Origin: Isurus oxyrinchus
Lineage: Eukaryota
Direction: 5' to 3'
Length of the DNA: 64,000 nucleotides
Assembly: GCA_026770705.1 (NCBI GenBank)
Contig: JANJGN010000019.1
Location: 105,090,001-105,154,000, forward strand
Shown piece by piece: positions 26,501-39,700 of the stretch. The translations under genes were made by a program, and so were the position numbers. The notes below the pieces were generated by a model. The model did no database searches. It was not told where the DNA came from and worked only from the letters and a program-made list of their open reading frames with translations. Position 1 is the stretch's first letter. The number at the start of each line of letters is the position of its first letter.

Positions 26501-27534
26501 AATGCAACAGAAATCATTGGGAACATTTGGACCATTGACAGAGTCTGATTATGTACACATAATGCCCTCACAAAGTAGATTTGGTGTCATTCTCTTGTAT
26601 TTCCATTATATAAAACGGCACTCCTCATGGTACGCCCATGAATCTGTGGTGATCTTTTAAAGCAACTTGCATGATGAAAATGATTACTGCAAGCAACTTC
26701 ATGATGGATAGTAGCCCATGGCTGTAATTCTGTCAACCTGGTGCCTGAGGGGATTCTATGAGATGGTATTAGTACATCACAGCATTCTAAAGGGAAACTT
26801 GAAGATTGCCACTTTTAACAAAGGGTCGCATAGGCATTACACTTATCAAGGGAGATGAGTCATGATACAGTCGCAGGAGCAGAACAATATCCACTATCCC
26901 AGGGGTCAGGTCCTTGCACCAAGAATGAGTAGAGCAGAGATCAGATTTTGCCGTTCCATGAGCCTGCAGAAGACGAGTATGATGTGGTCCCAACCATCGG
27001 AGGAGATTTTGGTGCTTTTTAATTCATTCCTGGAATGTGGGTTTTGCTGGCAAGACCAGCATTATTGCCCATTGCTGGTTGCCCTGCAGTATTTAATATC
27101 ATGCATGATATGGTTAGTTCTGTGAGCAAACACTGCCACAGGATCAAGGTCTTTGGCACTTTATAGTAGTGTTCCAGTGTCTGAGTACTGATCCAGAGTT
27201 TTGGGAATGATGCAAAACTCTTGCGTAAGAGGTGGATGTGGTTAATATAGTGTTAAGCCATTTGTAGGAGACCACGCGTACATACATTAACACGGAAGCA
27301 CCACCACTATTATTACAACATGCGACTGCTTTCACTATTGACAACATAAAGTCATTTTCCGAAACCAATTTAGCCAGAGAAATGAATGCTGGGATTTCTG
27401 CTGTCTGGGTGGACATTCCACCTTGGCAATTGGGCATAAAAGGTTTCAGCCAGTTAAGTTGCAGTTGTTTAAAGGTTCATTTGGCATTCTGCAAAAACAT
27501 ACTATATCTAAGTCATCTTTTGCTTAATCGCCTG

Positions 27535-28175
27535 TACAACAACACCTTGCATTTGTGTAGCACCTTTAACACAGTAAAGTGCACCAAGGAGCTTCTCAGG
27601 AAGAGATCAAATAAAATTTGATAAATCACATAAGGAGATATCAGGTCAGATGACCAAAAGCTTGGTCAAGGAGGTACGTTGTAAGGTAGATCTTAAAGGA
27701 GGAGAGGACGGTAGAGAGGCAGAGAGGTTTAAGCAAGTAGTTCCAGATGCTAGGGCCCTGGCAACTAAAGATGCAGCCACTAATGATGGAACGATTAAAA
27801 TCAGAAGATGTGCAAAAGGCCAGAATTGCTGGGGTACAGAGATCTCAAATGCTTGTAATGCTAGAGAAGATTACAGAGATACAGCGGGTCAAGGACATGG
27901 AGGGATTTGAAAACAAGGATGAGAAAATTAAAAGCGAGGCCTCGCTCGGTTGCATAACAGTGTAGATCAGTGAGCACAGGGGCCAAGGGTTGAATGTTAC
28001 TCGGTGCAAATTAAGATACAGGGAGCAGAGTTTTGGGTGATCTGAAGTTTATAAAGAGTTGGAAGATGGGAGGTTGGTGGGAGAGCATTGGAACAGTAGA
28101 AGTCTAGAGATAAACCAGGCACCAATGAGGGTTTTGGTAACGGATGAACTATTACAGGGCTGGAGTGGGGCAATG
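27535..28175 (-). mobile_element. L2-type LINE, 3' part (interrupted; continues at about 33535-33625)
   Basis: Tail acaacaacaccttgcatttgtgtagcacctttaac. Minus-strand ORF LDFYCSNALPPTSHLPTLYKLQITQNSAPCIL is L2 ORF2 C-terminal-like. Homologous to 61865-62357. Confidence 0.85.
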
Positions 28176-29944
28176 GCATGGAGATTCATTACTGGATCTG
28201 GTCCTGGGAAATGAGGTGGGTGAAGCAGCTCAAATGTCAATAGGGGATACTTAGGGGACAGTGATCATTGTATCAAAAGGTTTAGTTTGACTAAGGAAAA
28301 GGACATGGGAAATCAAGAGTAAAAGTAATTAATTGGGGGAAGATCAATTTCAATAGGGTGCGAATGGAACTGGCCTAGGTAAATTGGACTCAAAGATTGG
28401 CAGGCAAAGCTGTAACACAACAATGGGCTTCTCTTGGCAAATAAATAATAAAAGGGTGGTAAAAGGAGAAGCGGGGTGGATTATGAACCAAAAAGGCTAT
28501 TTATGTATGGAGCTAGAGGGCATGGCTGAGGTACTAAATGAATGCTTTCCTTCTGTCTTTACCAAGGAAGAAGGTGCTGCCAATTTCATAGTGAAAAAGG
28601 AGGATATTGAGACACTGAATGAGCTAAAAATGGATGAAAGTATTGGAAAGGCTGGCTGGCTGTACCTGGACTGAATGAGATGCATCTGGGGTACTGAGAG
28701 AAGTGAGAGTAGAAATTGCAAAGGGACTGGCCATAATCTTTCAATCCTCCTTAGATACAGGGGTGGGGTCAGAGAACTGGAGAATTGCAAATGTTATACA
28801 CTTGCTCATAAAGGCTGTAAGGATAAACCCAGCAACTACAGGCTGGAAAGATTAACCTCAGTGGCAGGAATGCTTTTAGAAACAATAATCTGGGATAAAA
28901 TTAACAGTCACGTGGACTGATGTAGATTAATTAAGGAAAGCTAACATGGATTTGTTAAAGATAAATCATGTCCAACTAACTTGATTTGAGTTTTTTGCTG
29001 GGGTAGCAGAGAGGGTTGATGAGATTAATGCAGTTGATGTGGTGTACATGGACTTCCAGGCAATTGATAAACTGCCACACAACAGGCTTGTCAGCAGAGT
29101 TAAAGCCCACGGAATAAAAGGGACATTTGCAGCATGGATAGGTAATTGGCTGAGTGACAGGAAACAGAGAGTAATGGTGAACAGTTGTTTTTCTGACTGG
29201 GGGACAGTATATAGTGGGATTCCCCAGGTGACGTTATTAGGACCATTGCTTTTCTTGATCTATATTAATGACCTAGACTTGTGTGCAGGGCACAGTTTCA
29301 AAACTTGTGCTGTCGCAAAACTTGGAATTATTGTGAAGTGTGAAGTGATAGACTTCAAGAGGTCATTGGAATGGGCAACTTGTGGCAGGTTAAGTTTAAT
29401 GCAGAAAAGTGTGAAGTGATACATTTGGTAGGAAGAAAAATGGTGAGAAAATATAAAATAAAGAATATGTTTCTAAAGGGAACACAAGAGCAGAGGGACC
29501 TGGGTGTGTCTGTGTCCAAATCATTGAAGGTGGCAAAGGCAAGCTGAGAGACAGTTAATAAGGCATGTATGATTCTGGGCGTTATCAATAGTGGCATAGA
29601 GTAAAAAAGGAAGTCACAGTGATCTCTTTACAAAGGATATGAAGGCATTAGAGGAGGTGCAGAAAAGATTCACAAGAATGGTTCCAGGGGTGAGAGACTT
29701 CACTTATGTAGACAGATTGGAGAAGCTGGATCTGTTATCCTTGGAGAAGAGAAGGATGAGAGCAGATTTGACAGAGCAGATGGGGAGAAACTGTTCCCAT
29801 TGGTGGAAGGGTCAAGAAACAGAGGACTCTGATTTAAGGTGGATAGCAAAAGAATCAAAGGCAACATGAAGAAAAACAGTGAATGGTTAGGATCTGGAAT
29901 GCACTGCCTGAGAGTGTAGAGGAGATAGGTTCAATCACAGCTTT
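28176..29944 (+). mobile_element. CR1-type LINE, decayed endonuclease end and RT (3' tail resumes at 33388-33532)
   Basis: ORF pieces AEVLNECFPSVFTKE, KGCKDKPSNYR..LTSV, VYMDFQAIDKLPHNRL, SGIPQ..LGPLLFLIYINDLD and LEEVQKRFTRMVPG; frameshifts and stops present. Confidence 0.95.
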
Positions 29945-30174
29945 TGTTGTAAGGTGTTGGGCATAGTTCGGTAGGTCTTATTAAGATATTCATGGTCGTA
30001 GGTTGTTCAACAGTAAGTATTTATTAATTACTAGAAATTATATACATAGGTACAGTAAAGGTCCAAGCTAGGAGGTGTCTCCATGCTTGCTTTTACACAC
30101 ACTGACCCCTAGATGTGTGTCATGTGTTCTTACACCACTGTGTGGCTGGTACTGTACTCAGTCCCACATCAACA
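29945..30174 (-). repeat. 3' LTR
   Basis: tgttgtaaggtgttggg...gtcccacatcaaca; direct repeat of 33128-33387. Confidence 0.92.
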
Positions 30175-31213
30175 TGCCAGACCCTTATACTATACCTCTC
30201 CCTAAGTCTTTATCCAACATATTTACAAGTTATCCCAGTTTATCCTATGTATTCCATCATTACCTCTACCCCATCTGCCCCCTCAAGCCTCTGAATACAT
30301 AGGTTCTGGTGGTCTGGAAGTCTTATAACCCTTCCATATTGTGTTCTCATTACTGTTGGAGGAGCGGTAGGCTCTGTCACTGCAGGTAAACAATTGGTTC
30401 AATTGGAGCGTGTTCAGACATCTGTGTATTTTCATCCTCTTTTTCCATTCTTTGGCCTTGAATCGCTATTTGTTGATTCCCCAATTGTATTGATTAATGA
30501 CGGTTGGTTCATCTCTGTCTTTCCGGGGTGGATGAACTCTGGGCTCGTCTCTATAGTGTTACTTTCTCTTCCTCCTTTTGGTGCGGCTTGCCGTGATGCA
30601 TGCTGGGATGGAAGATGGCTTCTCCGGTTGTGAGGATGTGACTTGGTGGTAAGCTCGCCCTCACATTTTTCTGTGTGGTGTGTTGTCATCAATGGATGGC
30701 TGCTACTCAGTTCCAGCATCGTTTGTGGCCCTGTCTTGCTGGCTGGGGATTGCAGCACCTGCTCTGTGGTCTCAGGGTTTTTCTCTCCAACTGGCATTGG
30801 AGGCAGAGGTTGAGGCTCTTCTCATTGCTGGTTCCTCTCTTAACTGTCATCTACTCGAGATGTTGTGGTAACCACCTGAGGGGTAGGCTGGTCTGACCAA
30901 TGAGGGGCTTCTGGCACCTGTAATGAAAGGAGACAAACCTGCTCTGCAAAGAGAGAAGACAGTTCAGAGCTGAAATCCCCGTTGAGAGATTCTTTCTTGT
31001 TGGAGCTGTCAGGAACTTGCAATTCTGTTTAATTGACGACACTGGTTGTCTTGACATCATCTGCCATTTTGAGGAGATTCAGGGCTACACAGGTATCTGT
31101 GCTCAAGAGAGAAAAAGACTGATTAAGGATGATTTGTTTGCTGCAATACCTTAGTGGTTCCAGAATCATGTCTATGACTGGAAGTCAGATTCCTCCAGGG
31201 CCATAAAGTGATG

Positions 31214-31374
31214 TTTCGAGTCCATATAACTCTTCCTCTGAAGAAGAGTCATGCAGATTCAAACATTAACACTGTTTTTCTCTTCACAGATGCTGTTAGA
31301 CCTGCTGAGTTTTTCCAGCATTTCCTGTTTTTGTTTCCGATTTCCAGCATCTGCAGTATTTTGCTTTTATTTTA
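31214..31374 (+). mobile_element. Penelope-like pLTR fragment with inverted 5' piece, inserted in the LTR element
   Basis: ctgaagaagagtcatgcagattcaaacattaac...cagatgctg..agacctgctgagtttttccag is related to 20144-20240. 31211-31235 is an inverted copy of 31243-31266. Imperfect flanking duplication ccata(ca)aagtgatgt. Confidence 0.75.
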
Positions 31375-33127
31375 CCATACAAAGTGATGTGTCTGTTGTT
31401 TTCATAACCAAAGGTCTCTCAGCCACAGTTCTTTGTCTGACAGGACCGTACCACTGACTCCCGTGTCAAATTTAAAGGTTGTGAGATGGCCATTAACCAA
31501 GATGTCCGCATTCCAAAACAAAAATCCAGGATCTTTGACCTCATCCAAGAATCATGGTTGTGTGCCCACTTGGTGTGCAGTCTCAACCTCGTGGATCCTC
31601 TTAGGATCTCCTGTGCTTTTTGATGTTTTGGCTCCGCACAGCTTCCCAAAGCGTCTTATTCGGTTACATTGAAAGCATTGAGCTGAAATTGCCAGATATT
31701 GATCACAATTGTGGGGACGCTTTGCTCTACAGAGCTGGGGTGGTCGCTCTACTGGTTGGTTAGGGTATTGCTTCGGTTAGCCTGGAGTGTCCCTATTTCT
31801 GTGCTGCTTCACCAGTTGGACAGTGGTGTTTCCTTTGTCCCACAGTTTGCTTTCTCCCCTTCAGATGGATCTGTGCTGCAAACGGATTTCAGATCGCCTA
31901 ATAATCTGGATGGTTTTCTCAGGGGTTAGATTTTCCTTCTGCTGAAGCATGTCTGAGAATGCATCGTCTGCCATTCCTACAACTATTCTATCCCTGATTA
32001 GTTCAGATTTCAGGTCACCATAATCACAGCCTTCAGCCATTCTGCACAATTCAGTAATGAAGGAGTCGACAAGTTTTTCCAGCTGCTGGACACATTTATT
32101 AAATCGAGCTCTTTCAAGGATTTTGTTACTTCTAAATTTAAAATAAGCATCGAATGATTTTAAAACTTCATCAGATTTTGCAGGTGATTAGTTGATTCCT
32201 TGTCTATCTGTTATATCATCGGCTATTGGGCCTACTGAATAAAGCAGTGTGTTTAACTTGTTCAGCTTCTGTCTTTTTATTCAGACCTGAAGCAATCATG
32301 AATCTAAGGAAGCTCTTTCTCCAAAGTCCCCGATTTTGTGATTGATCTGGGCCATGGATAAGTCCAGACTGATCTGGAAGAGTGGGTTTCTGATCCATGG
32401 TTAAAAATTTTTAAATGCAGGTTCAGCTTTAAGAGGTTTTCCAAAATTCCAAGAAGGCACCACCGTACACTTCTGTACAAAGAGAATTCCTGCAATTACC
32501 AGTTTTGGTGGACCTCCGCAGTAATGGCAGCCGCGATCCTAGCGTTTAACTTTTTTCAACAATGGCTGCCTGGATCAGCTGGTTAGAAACTTCCCCACTT
32601 TGTTGCAAAGTTTTTGAGTCTCGGAGACCTTGAATTCCAGCTTTTGCTGGGTGTTTAAAGCTGCCCACTCAGACACGATTCATTTTCAATTGTTAATTTT
32701 GTTCTTTGTTCGGAGCAAGCTTGACCATCAGGGCGCCGACTAGGGATTCAGATTTCTCAGAGTGCGATTTAAATGGCAATTTCTGACCACTCCAGTATTT
32801 AACTTTTCTCAGGACTTGTGTTGTCCAGGAATTTTAATTTTTTAGCTCAACGCTGCTGGGTCTGCTGATTCTGCACACCCTGGGTATTGAAGCTGGACTT
32901 CCACGGAATTCAATGGAGTCTGCTGCTGCAATGAGGAATTTAATTTCTGCCTTCAGCTTCCAAGCTTTTCTGTGGAGCTTTTCCCTGGCGAGTTACTTCT
33001 GCGCCTTCATTTCTTGAGCTTTTCTTCAGGTCAAAATGCTTCTTTGGTCTTTCCTTGAGTTTTCCAGGATTTTAATTTTCTTCTGCAGACTCTGCAAGGT
33101 TTGGCATTGTTCCATTCGCTGCCACCA

Positions 33128-33387
33128 TGTTATAAGGTGTTGGGTATAGTTTTATAGGTCTTATTAAGGTATTCGTAGTCTTAGGTAGTTCAACAGTAAG
33201 TATTTATTAACTACTAGAAACTATATTCATAGGTACAGTAAAGGTCCAAGCTAGGAGCTGTCTCCATGCTTGCTTCTACACACGGCTCTGCCCAGCACTA
33301 TATTGACCCCTAGGTGCGGGTCATATGTTCTCTTACATCATTGTGTGCGTGGTACTGTACTCAGTCGCACATTATGTTCAGACTACA
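33128..33387 (-). repeat. 5' LTR
   Basis: tgttataaggtgttggg...; adjacent PBS at 33117-33127 complementary to a tRNA-Leu-type 3' end (...CGCTGCCACCA). Confidence 0.92.
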
Positions 33388-33532
33388 GCTTTCAAAGGGT
33401 AATTGGATAATTATCTGAAGAGAAAGAAATTGCAGGGCTACAGGGAAAGGGAGGAGGTTTCGGACTAACTGAGGTGTTCTTGCAAAGTGCCGACACAGAC
33501 ACAATGGGTCAAATGGCCTCCTTCCGTTCTGT
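33388..33532 (+). mobile_element. CR1 3' tail (continuation of 28176-29944)
   Basis: gctttcaaagggtaattggataattatctgaag...atgggtcaaatggcctccttc continues the CR1 sequence across the LTR insertion. Confidence 0.88.
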
Positions 33533-33534
33533 GT

Positions 33535-33625
33535 TTTTAGGTGGAAGTGGGCAGTGTTGGCGATGGAGGGGATGTATGGTCATCTCAGTGTCAAATGTGA
33601 CACCAAGGTTGCAAATAGTTTGAAT
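33535..33625 (-). mobile_element. L2 continuation (joins 27535-28175)
   Basis: aggtggaagtgggcagtgttggcgatgg...tcaaatgtgacaccaaggttgcaaa; the minus frame reads NLGVTFD, an L2 ORF2 motif. Confidence 0.75.
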
Positions 33626-36600
33626 GTAAAGCTTAATATAACATAAAAGATAAGCCTGGATGTTCCTGTGGCAGATGTCTGGAGGAAGAGGAAATTTATG
33701 TCTGCTCCATTGATGCACCCTCAACCTATTTCAAGTGAATATACCTTAGGCAGGTACCTGTGTCACATCTGGTGGAATGGGGGTGAGAGCGAGTGATATT
33801 ATTGCAACACATTGCCATAGCAAATTGATTTTTTCCAGTGGCAGTAATCACTCTGTCAGCAGTTGACATTGGGGAATCAGTAGACCACACTTTCACCAAG
33901 TGGAGGCGCTGGCTTCCTAGCATGTCTGCTTCATGTATTGTATTGAGATAACAGAGACAGAAATGATAAGATAGCCAGTGTTAAGGATTTAACCTATTTG
34001 ACTCTATGAAAGCTTTAAAAATTTAACTCAGCTAAAAGCACAAATAGAAATCCTTTGCAAAAGAGCAGAGTGAGACAGCATTAATTTCACACTCACATAC
34101 AGACACAAAGGCCTTGACGAGACACTTTTCCAGACAGGGAGACAGATAGTGCTGCACCGGCTTTTTTTTAGGGAAAATCATGTTTTGCTTCTCAAGAATT
34201 ACTCAAAGAGGTCTAACTGTAAGGTACACAGCAGTTAGGTTATTCTAAAGGCAACACATTTTCTTTAAATAAGAAACTTAGGTAAACAAGTCAGTCAGCT
34301 TTGTGCAGCCATCAGAGAGCTATCAAGCTGAGACAAAGACAGCAGCAAACTATACTTTTATACTTTTGACTGTGAGTATATAAAAAAGTTATTTGTTTGA
34401 GTATCCTACATTTGTTTTCTAAGTGGATTTGAACCTTTCAATTTTAAGTAAATTTGGATTATGTATTTATACATAGATGAATCAGTTACATTTACATTTA
34501 CACTTGCATTTACACTCTGTAATATTCATAATATTATTAGAATAAGCTTATAGTAAAGAATTATTAAGTAACAAGTATAAAACCATGTAAACACATTCTG
34601 TAAATCTCACGGACCCAACTCTTCTAGAATTCTTCCTTATGGGCTTCTAAGGTTCTGAGAAACGTAAACTCTTCAGTGAGTTAATTTCTGCTATAATATA
34701 CCCGTATGTTTTGTTCTGAGATATCTTTGTTTAATCTAAGTTCTCCTGGGAGAGAAGGCACTTTCTGTTAAGACCAAGTCCATAGCCAGCATAGTTGACT
34801 TAAACTCTCATGATGATTTAAAATCCCTTTGTTTTTGAGAATTTAAACTGACAATAAGTTTGACTGAATAAATTTACCTTGCTGTGGGGGGGTTGGGGGG
34901 GGGGGTAAAGATAGTAGAACCCTAACACATGAAGATGTCATTGTCCCATTGGTTCAAATTATTGTTGTGAGGTCTGCATAGTAAGAAGGCCAGACACAAA
35001 ATGCAATCATTCCCACTTGTAGTAGAATTAATACAAATGCCATAAGAGCCCAGTGAAACCTGAATTCCCTTACTGCCCAGATTATGATAGTGATTCACCC
35101 CTTTGACCCCAGAACTTTCATCCTTGTTATGTCTTTACTATCAGATAGAAGGATGTGGCGAAGTATATTAATCGCTCCAATCTTACCTCAGTGAATGTGA
35201 GGATAGGATTCATCCTAATTTTTCAGCCACAACTGCAGTAAGGTCCATTCTCTGAGACTATAGTGAATGTAAGTGCTGGTTTCAATAGCATTAGAATGCA
35301 ACCAGTGTTTTCTTTAAGGTTGGATTAATATTCTGCAATTTAGCAAAATTACATCTTGGATTATAGGGAAAAGTTTCACAAAATGGCTGGTTAAGTTCAG
35401 GCAAATTCTACATGCTCTGCGAAGGGAATAGGCTTGTTGGATTGCATGGACTTCACTCATACTACATATTATGTTTTTGTGCTCTGAAGGAAATAAAGGC
35501 ATGCAATTCTGACAGCCACAGATCTTCTCTTTTCATAAAATGATATTACTTTGATAAATGGCATATGATATGTGAGAAAATTAACAAGAAAGTAGATCAT
35601 CCACTTTTTGTAATTAATTCCTGATAACTTTTGAAAAGTAATTTGAACTTCCCGTTAAAAGCTGAAAGCATGACATGATAAGATTTCATGTTTTAAGACC
35701 TTTACTGTAACAAAAGATTAAAAGCAGTATTGACTAAACACTACCTTTGTAGTGCCTACTTTGTAGGCAACTTATACTTTAAATCACAGAATAGAAAACC
35801 GCCCTTTTTATCTTTAGAACAAACAAAAAAACAATCTTCGCAGGTATATGTTACACTATCCTTTAAGTAGACATTCCGTTCTCCTAAAATCAGCCCAAAA
35901 TGATTCCTGGCTGCTAAGGGTTAACTTCTGTTCTTTTTCTTTCTCAGCCTGATAACTTCTAACCCCAGAACTGCCCTTCACAGTGAGAGTGTTCCTGGAG
36001 ATAATCCCTCTAGTGCAAGCTAGGTGAATCTTCCAGCCTTGTTTTACCTTCCCACAAATTTGGTCTTTTCAATCTGATCATGAGTTTGGACCCACTTTCC
36101 AGCACAGTAGCCTTTTGGTGCGCTCTCTCTCTCCCAGACCCTGGAAGACTGCCTGTGTTTTTTGAGGGATATCTTAGAAATTCTTCCCCTCTCAAAGCCA
36201 ATTTCCATGGCATTGTGAATCACATGGACCTTGTATCCAGGTAGAAATGCTGATTAGCTATTCTTGAGAGCCCAACTCTCTTTCATCTTGGAACTAAATG
36301 GACAGCTTAAAGTACAACTGTTTACATTCCCAACACTTTTCTGGGACATTGGAGACTAGGTTTGTCCACTGATAGCACACAGGCTGCTGCTGTTGTCTCC
36401 GAGTGTTAACGCTTTGCATTTTCCTCCAGGTAAAACAATCTAGTCCTTCCTTTAGTCTTCAGCAGCCATCAACAAGACCTGTTGTCAGGCAAACCTCAGT
36501 ACAGGCCACCTGACCCCCTTTATTTTCACCTAAATTTAAAGACACAGTCCCAGAACAAAATAAACTTACAAACACCATAATCATAACACTTTGAAAAGAA

Positions 36601-39544
36601 GTACAATGAAATGATCTTCTAATTGCCGAATGTTCTCCAGACCAAGGTCTGCAGAGAATGAGTTATTACATTATTTATTAATATTTATTATGTTAACAAA
36701 TTGGATATGCAAAATACTAATTTTCTGAATTTTGTTAATGTAAGTGTTCAGCAAATTGTTTTCTTTTTTAGCAAACAGGAAAAATCAAATCCATACTTTA
36801 AATTTCTTCACATAACCTTATGCTACCCAGGTCAGAATAACTAAGGAGAGACCACATGAGGGTGCTAGGGCCTGGGAAAAGGAAGTTATATGGTACAGGA
36901 GGAAAAAACTCTTAAAGGGACAGACAACCCTTGTGGTCTCCCCATTGGATTATCTGGCAGGTGTCGGAAAAGATTACACCAAGCTACCAACCAGGGCAGA
37001 ATCTATTCTCTTCATCATCTTATTAACCCCAATCAGATCATCTTTAACCTAAATCTATGCTAGTCTAAAGTGGAGAGTCCTAACTCTTTTAGTCCATCTT
37101 GATAACTAAGATACTTAGTTCAGCAGCCTTTCTAAACTACAAGGGTACACTGGTAAGGGTTATGATGGGATTTAGCGATAGATAGCAAGCTGTGGGGCCA
37201 TTGGTTTATCTGGAATGCAGCAAATGCTGGAAGAACAGAGGTCAGGAGCACCCTTTCCAAATGGGGTTGTCCAAATTTCCATTCATTAATTTACAAAGAG
37301 GTTTCTTTGCATGCAGCGCTTCTACCTAATCAATATTAGTGTCCAGGTGATCCAATAGTCCTGGTGGCAGAAACAGAGAAATCAGGCTAATAAGTTTACA
37401 GGAGCTTGTAGCTCTAGTAGCTGAACTGGTTTTCCCAAGGATAAACAATTAATTACACCTCCTATCAGTTTGAACTGTATTTGTTACGACCTATTCAATA
37501 GAAGATTCAACAGAGGTTATTAATCCTTGCTGCTTACTTAAGCTTCAAACATTTATATTTCTGTATAGGGAGATATCAAATCACGCTGCATCCTAGCCTG
37601 TCAAAGGAAGTAAAACACATTTTACTGTTTTAAAATGTTAAAGTTCATCAACGTGTTCTTAGTAAGCCTTTCTATCTGTGACAGGACCTAATAGGCATGC
37701 TATTCAGCCTATAGGCTGGATCCCAGTTATCAGCTACATGGTTTCACAAACCGGTTAAGCAACTAGTTTTGGAGGATAGTTTGCTTAAGTAGAAATGATG
37801 ATCTAAATTGGGCTGTGTTCCAGATAAATAGGATTTGGCATTAAGATTTCTCATGGCAAGAATGCTAAAAATAGGAGTACATTGCCAGGTGCGGTTTTTG
37901 AATCAATGAAGCAGAAAACAGGGTAGTATGCATAAAGGAGCACTAAGTTCCATAAAACTTGAACACAGACCCAGGAGAATGTTAACTCTACACAGGCACC
38001 ACACAAAGTCATGTTTCTTTCTTAAAGGTAACTACAGAGGAATTACTCCTGGTATTTTTGGGATCAGTTAGTGTTCAGTGTTTCAGCTTTCAGGATTATT
38101 TATTTGTAAGTGTATGTTACTGTTTTTGGGTAGCTTTTTAAAGTGCCCATTTCTCATTTTTAAAACCTTGGAAACATTTTTTAAAATCTCTGCATGTTAA
38201 ATGAACCACTGTCCGTACTAATGTAAACATTCTGATGAGTATCCAAAGATATGACCTCTATGTGACCCCTTAACCTTGCCTGTAATTATTTGTTTGAAGA
38301 CAGTATGAAGTTCTCATGCTGAGAGGGACTATAATGGTTTGCAGCTCTGTTCAGCTCTATGTGCAAGTGTGTACGAGAGGAGCAAGAGAGACTTTATAAT
38401 AAGGAGACTACCAGATGTAAATAATAAAAATGGTTGGGGGTAAAAAGAAAAACCTAGTAATTTAGTCCAGCCCATTACTTGGAGGGCGGCAGGGTGAAAT
38501 GAATGGGGGAAGGGAAAGAGGAGGGTGCATTACTCTGTGATGTGATACAGGAGCGCATGAAGTCTCCTTCTCATCTCTGGAGTTTTTTTGTTGTGTGTCA
38601 TGTGCACACACCATTAGCGGCTCTTGGGAGGAGAGAAAACAGTCTTATCTGCTTGGTCTGATAATCTCAATTGGCCGTATTCTGATTGATAAAAGGGAGT
38701 GTAGCTACAGAGCTTTGAATCAACTCCCAAAGGGACACAACACATTAGTCTGCCAGCGAGTCTAGTATGGAGAAGGTTACTGTGTTCAAAATGAGCAAGT
38801 ATGGACACCAAAAGATCTGAAGCATAATTTACACTACACCTAGCACATCTTTCCCCACTTGACATCTGAAAAAGTAACCCAAAAATTTTAAATGTTAAAG
38901 TATAATCTTAAAAACTGAAGGAAATGAAAGGACAGTGCTTTAGATGCCACAATCCTACTGCATTTTACACCACTTGTTCCTGACTTCAACCAGTTATATT
39001 TGGATGTGCTTTCCCATTACTGTTGTTTCAAAGCAAAATGTGAAGTACACACAGTGCGAATGAATGTACTCCAGTGTTAGATCAGAGTACAAATACCCAC
39101 CTTCTAATGTCACTTTAAGCTCAGTTTGTAGGGAGGGTGGGGAGTAGCATTATGTTGATAATAGGTTAGATCAGTCTGAGATGTTAGCATTATCACCGTA
39201 AGACCTGAGTAAAATCAAAGGGAGCTCCAATCATGCTACAGTGTATAACATGTTAGACAAGCAGTATCTGGTGCTAGTGAGTATTAGTGGGACAGATTTA
39301 ATCCCCTGTTTCTCTGTCATTCTGCCAGAACTGACATCAGCAATGGTCACTGAGCAAGTGATGCACCCTTCCCTCTTGGGCACAATAGACACATAGTCTG
39401 GCATTACTTGCAAAGAGAAAAATTGGAAAGAGAATAAAGGGTAATGTACAGCCATGAACAAATACATGTCCTTAAAAAAAAAATCAAAGAAACTTACTGG
39501 GATTTAATATTAAAAGTTATTCCTAAAATTTTTTTCTTCTAAAA

Positions 39545-39700
39545 GAAATCATAGAATCATGCAGCACAGAAGGAGGCCATTCAGCCCATCATGACTGCCG
39601 GACCTTTGAAAGAGCTATCCAATTGTCCCACCCCCTTATAACCCTACAAATTGTTCCTCTTTATGTATCTATCAAATTCCCTTTTAAAAGTCTCTCTGCT
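39545..39700 (-). mobile_element. CR1 3' tail fragment
   Basis: atcatagaatcatgcagcacagaaggaggccattcagcccatc...tatctatcaaattcccttttaaaag. Confidence 0.8.

Larger units (their letters stand above)
29945..33387 (-). mobile_element. Gypsy/Ty3-type LTR retrotransposon, internally deleted (gag + protease, no RT/RNaseH/integrase core seen)
   Basis: Direct LTRs 29945-30174 and 33128-33387 with TG...CA ends and a 5-bp TSD GCTTT (29940-29944 / 33388-33392). PBS TGGTGGCAGCG abuts the 5' LTR. Gag motifs RFMIASGLNKK and ELIRDRIVVG, degenerate zinc knuckle CFQCNRIRRFGKLC, protease FKFDTG (about 31460-31477), pol-tail-like RTQYGRVIRLPD (about 30310-30350). Confidence 0.92.
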
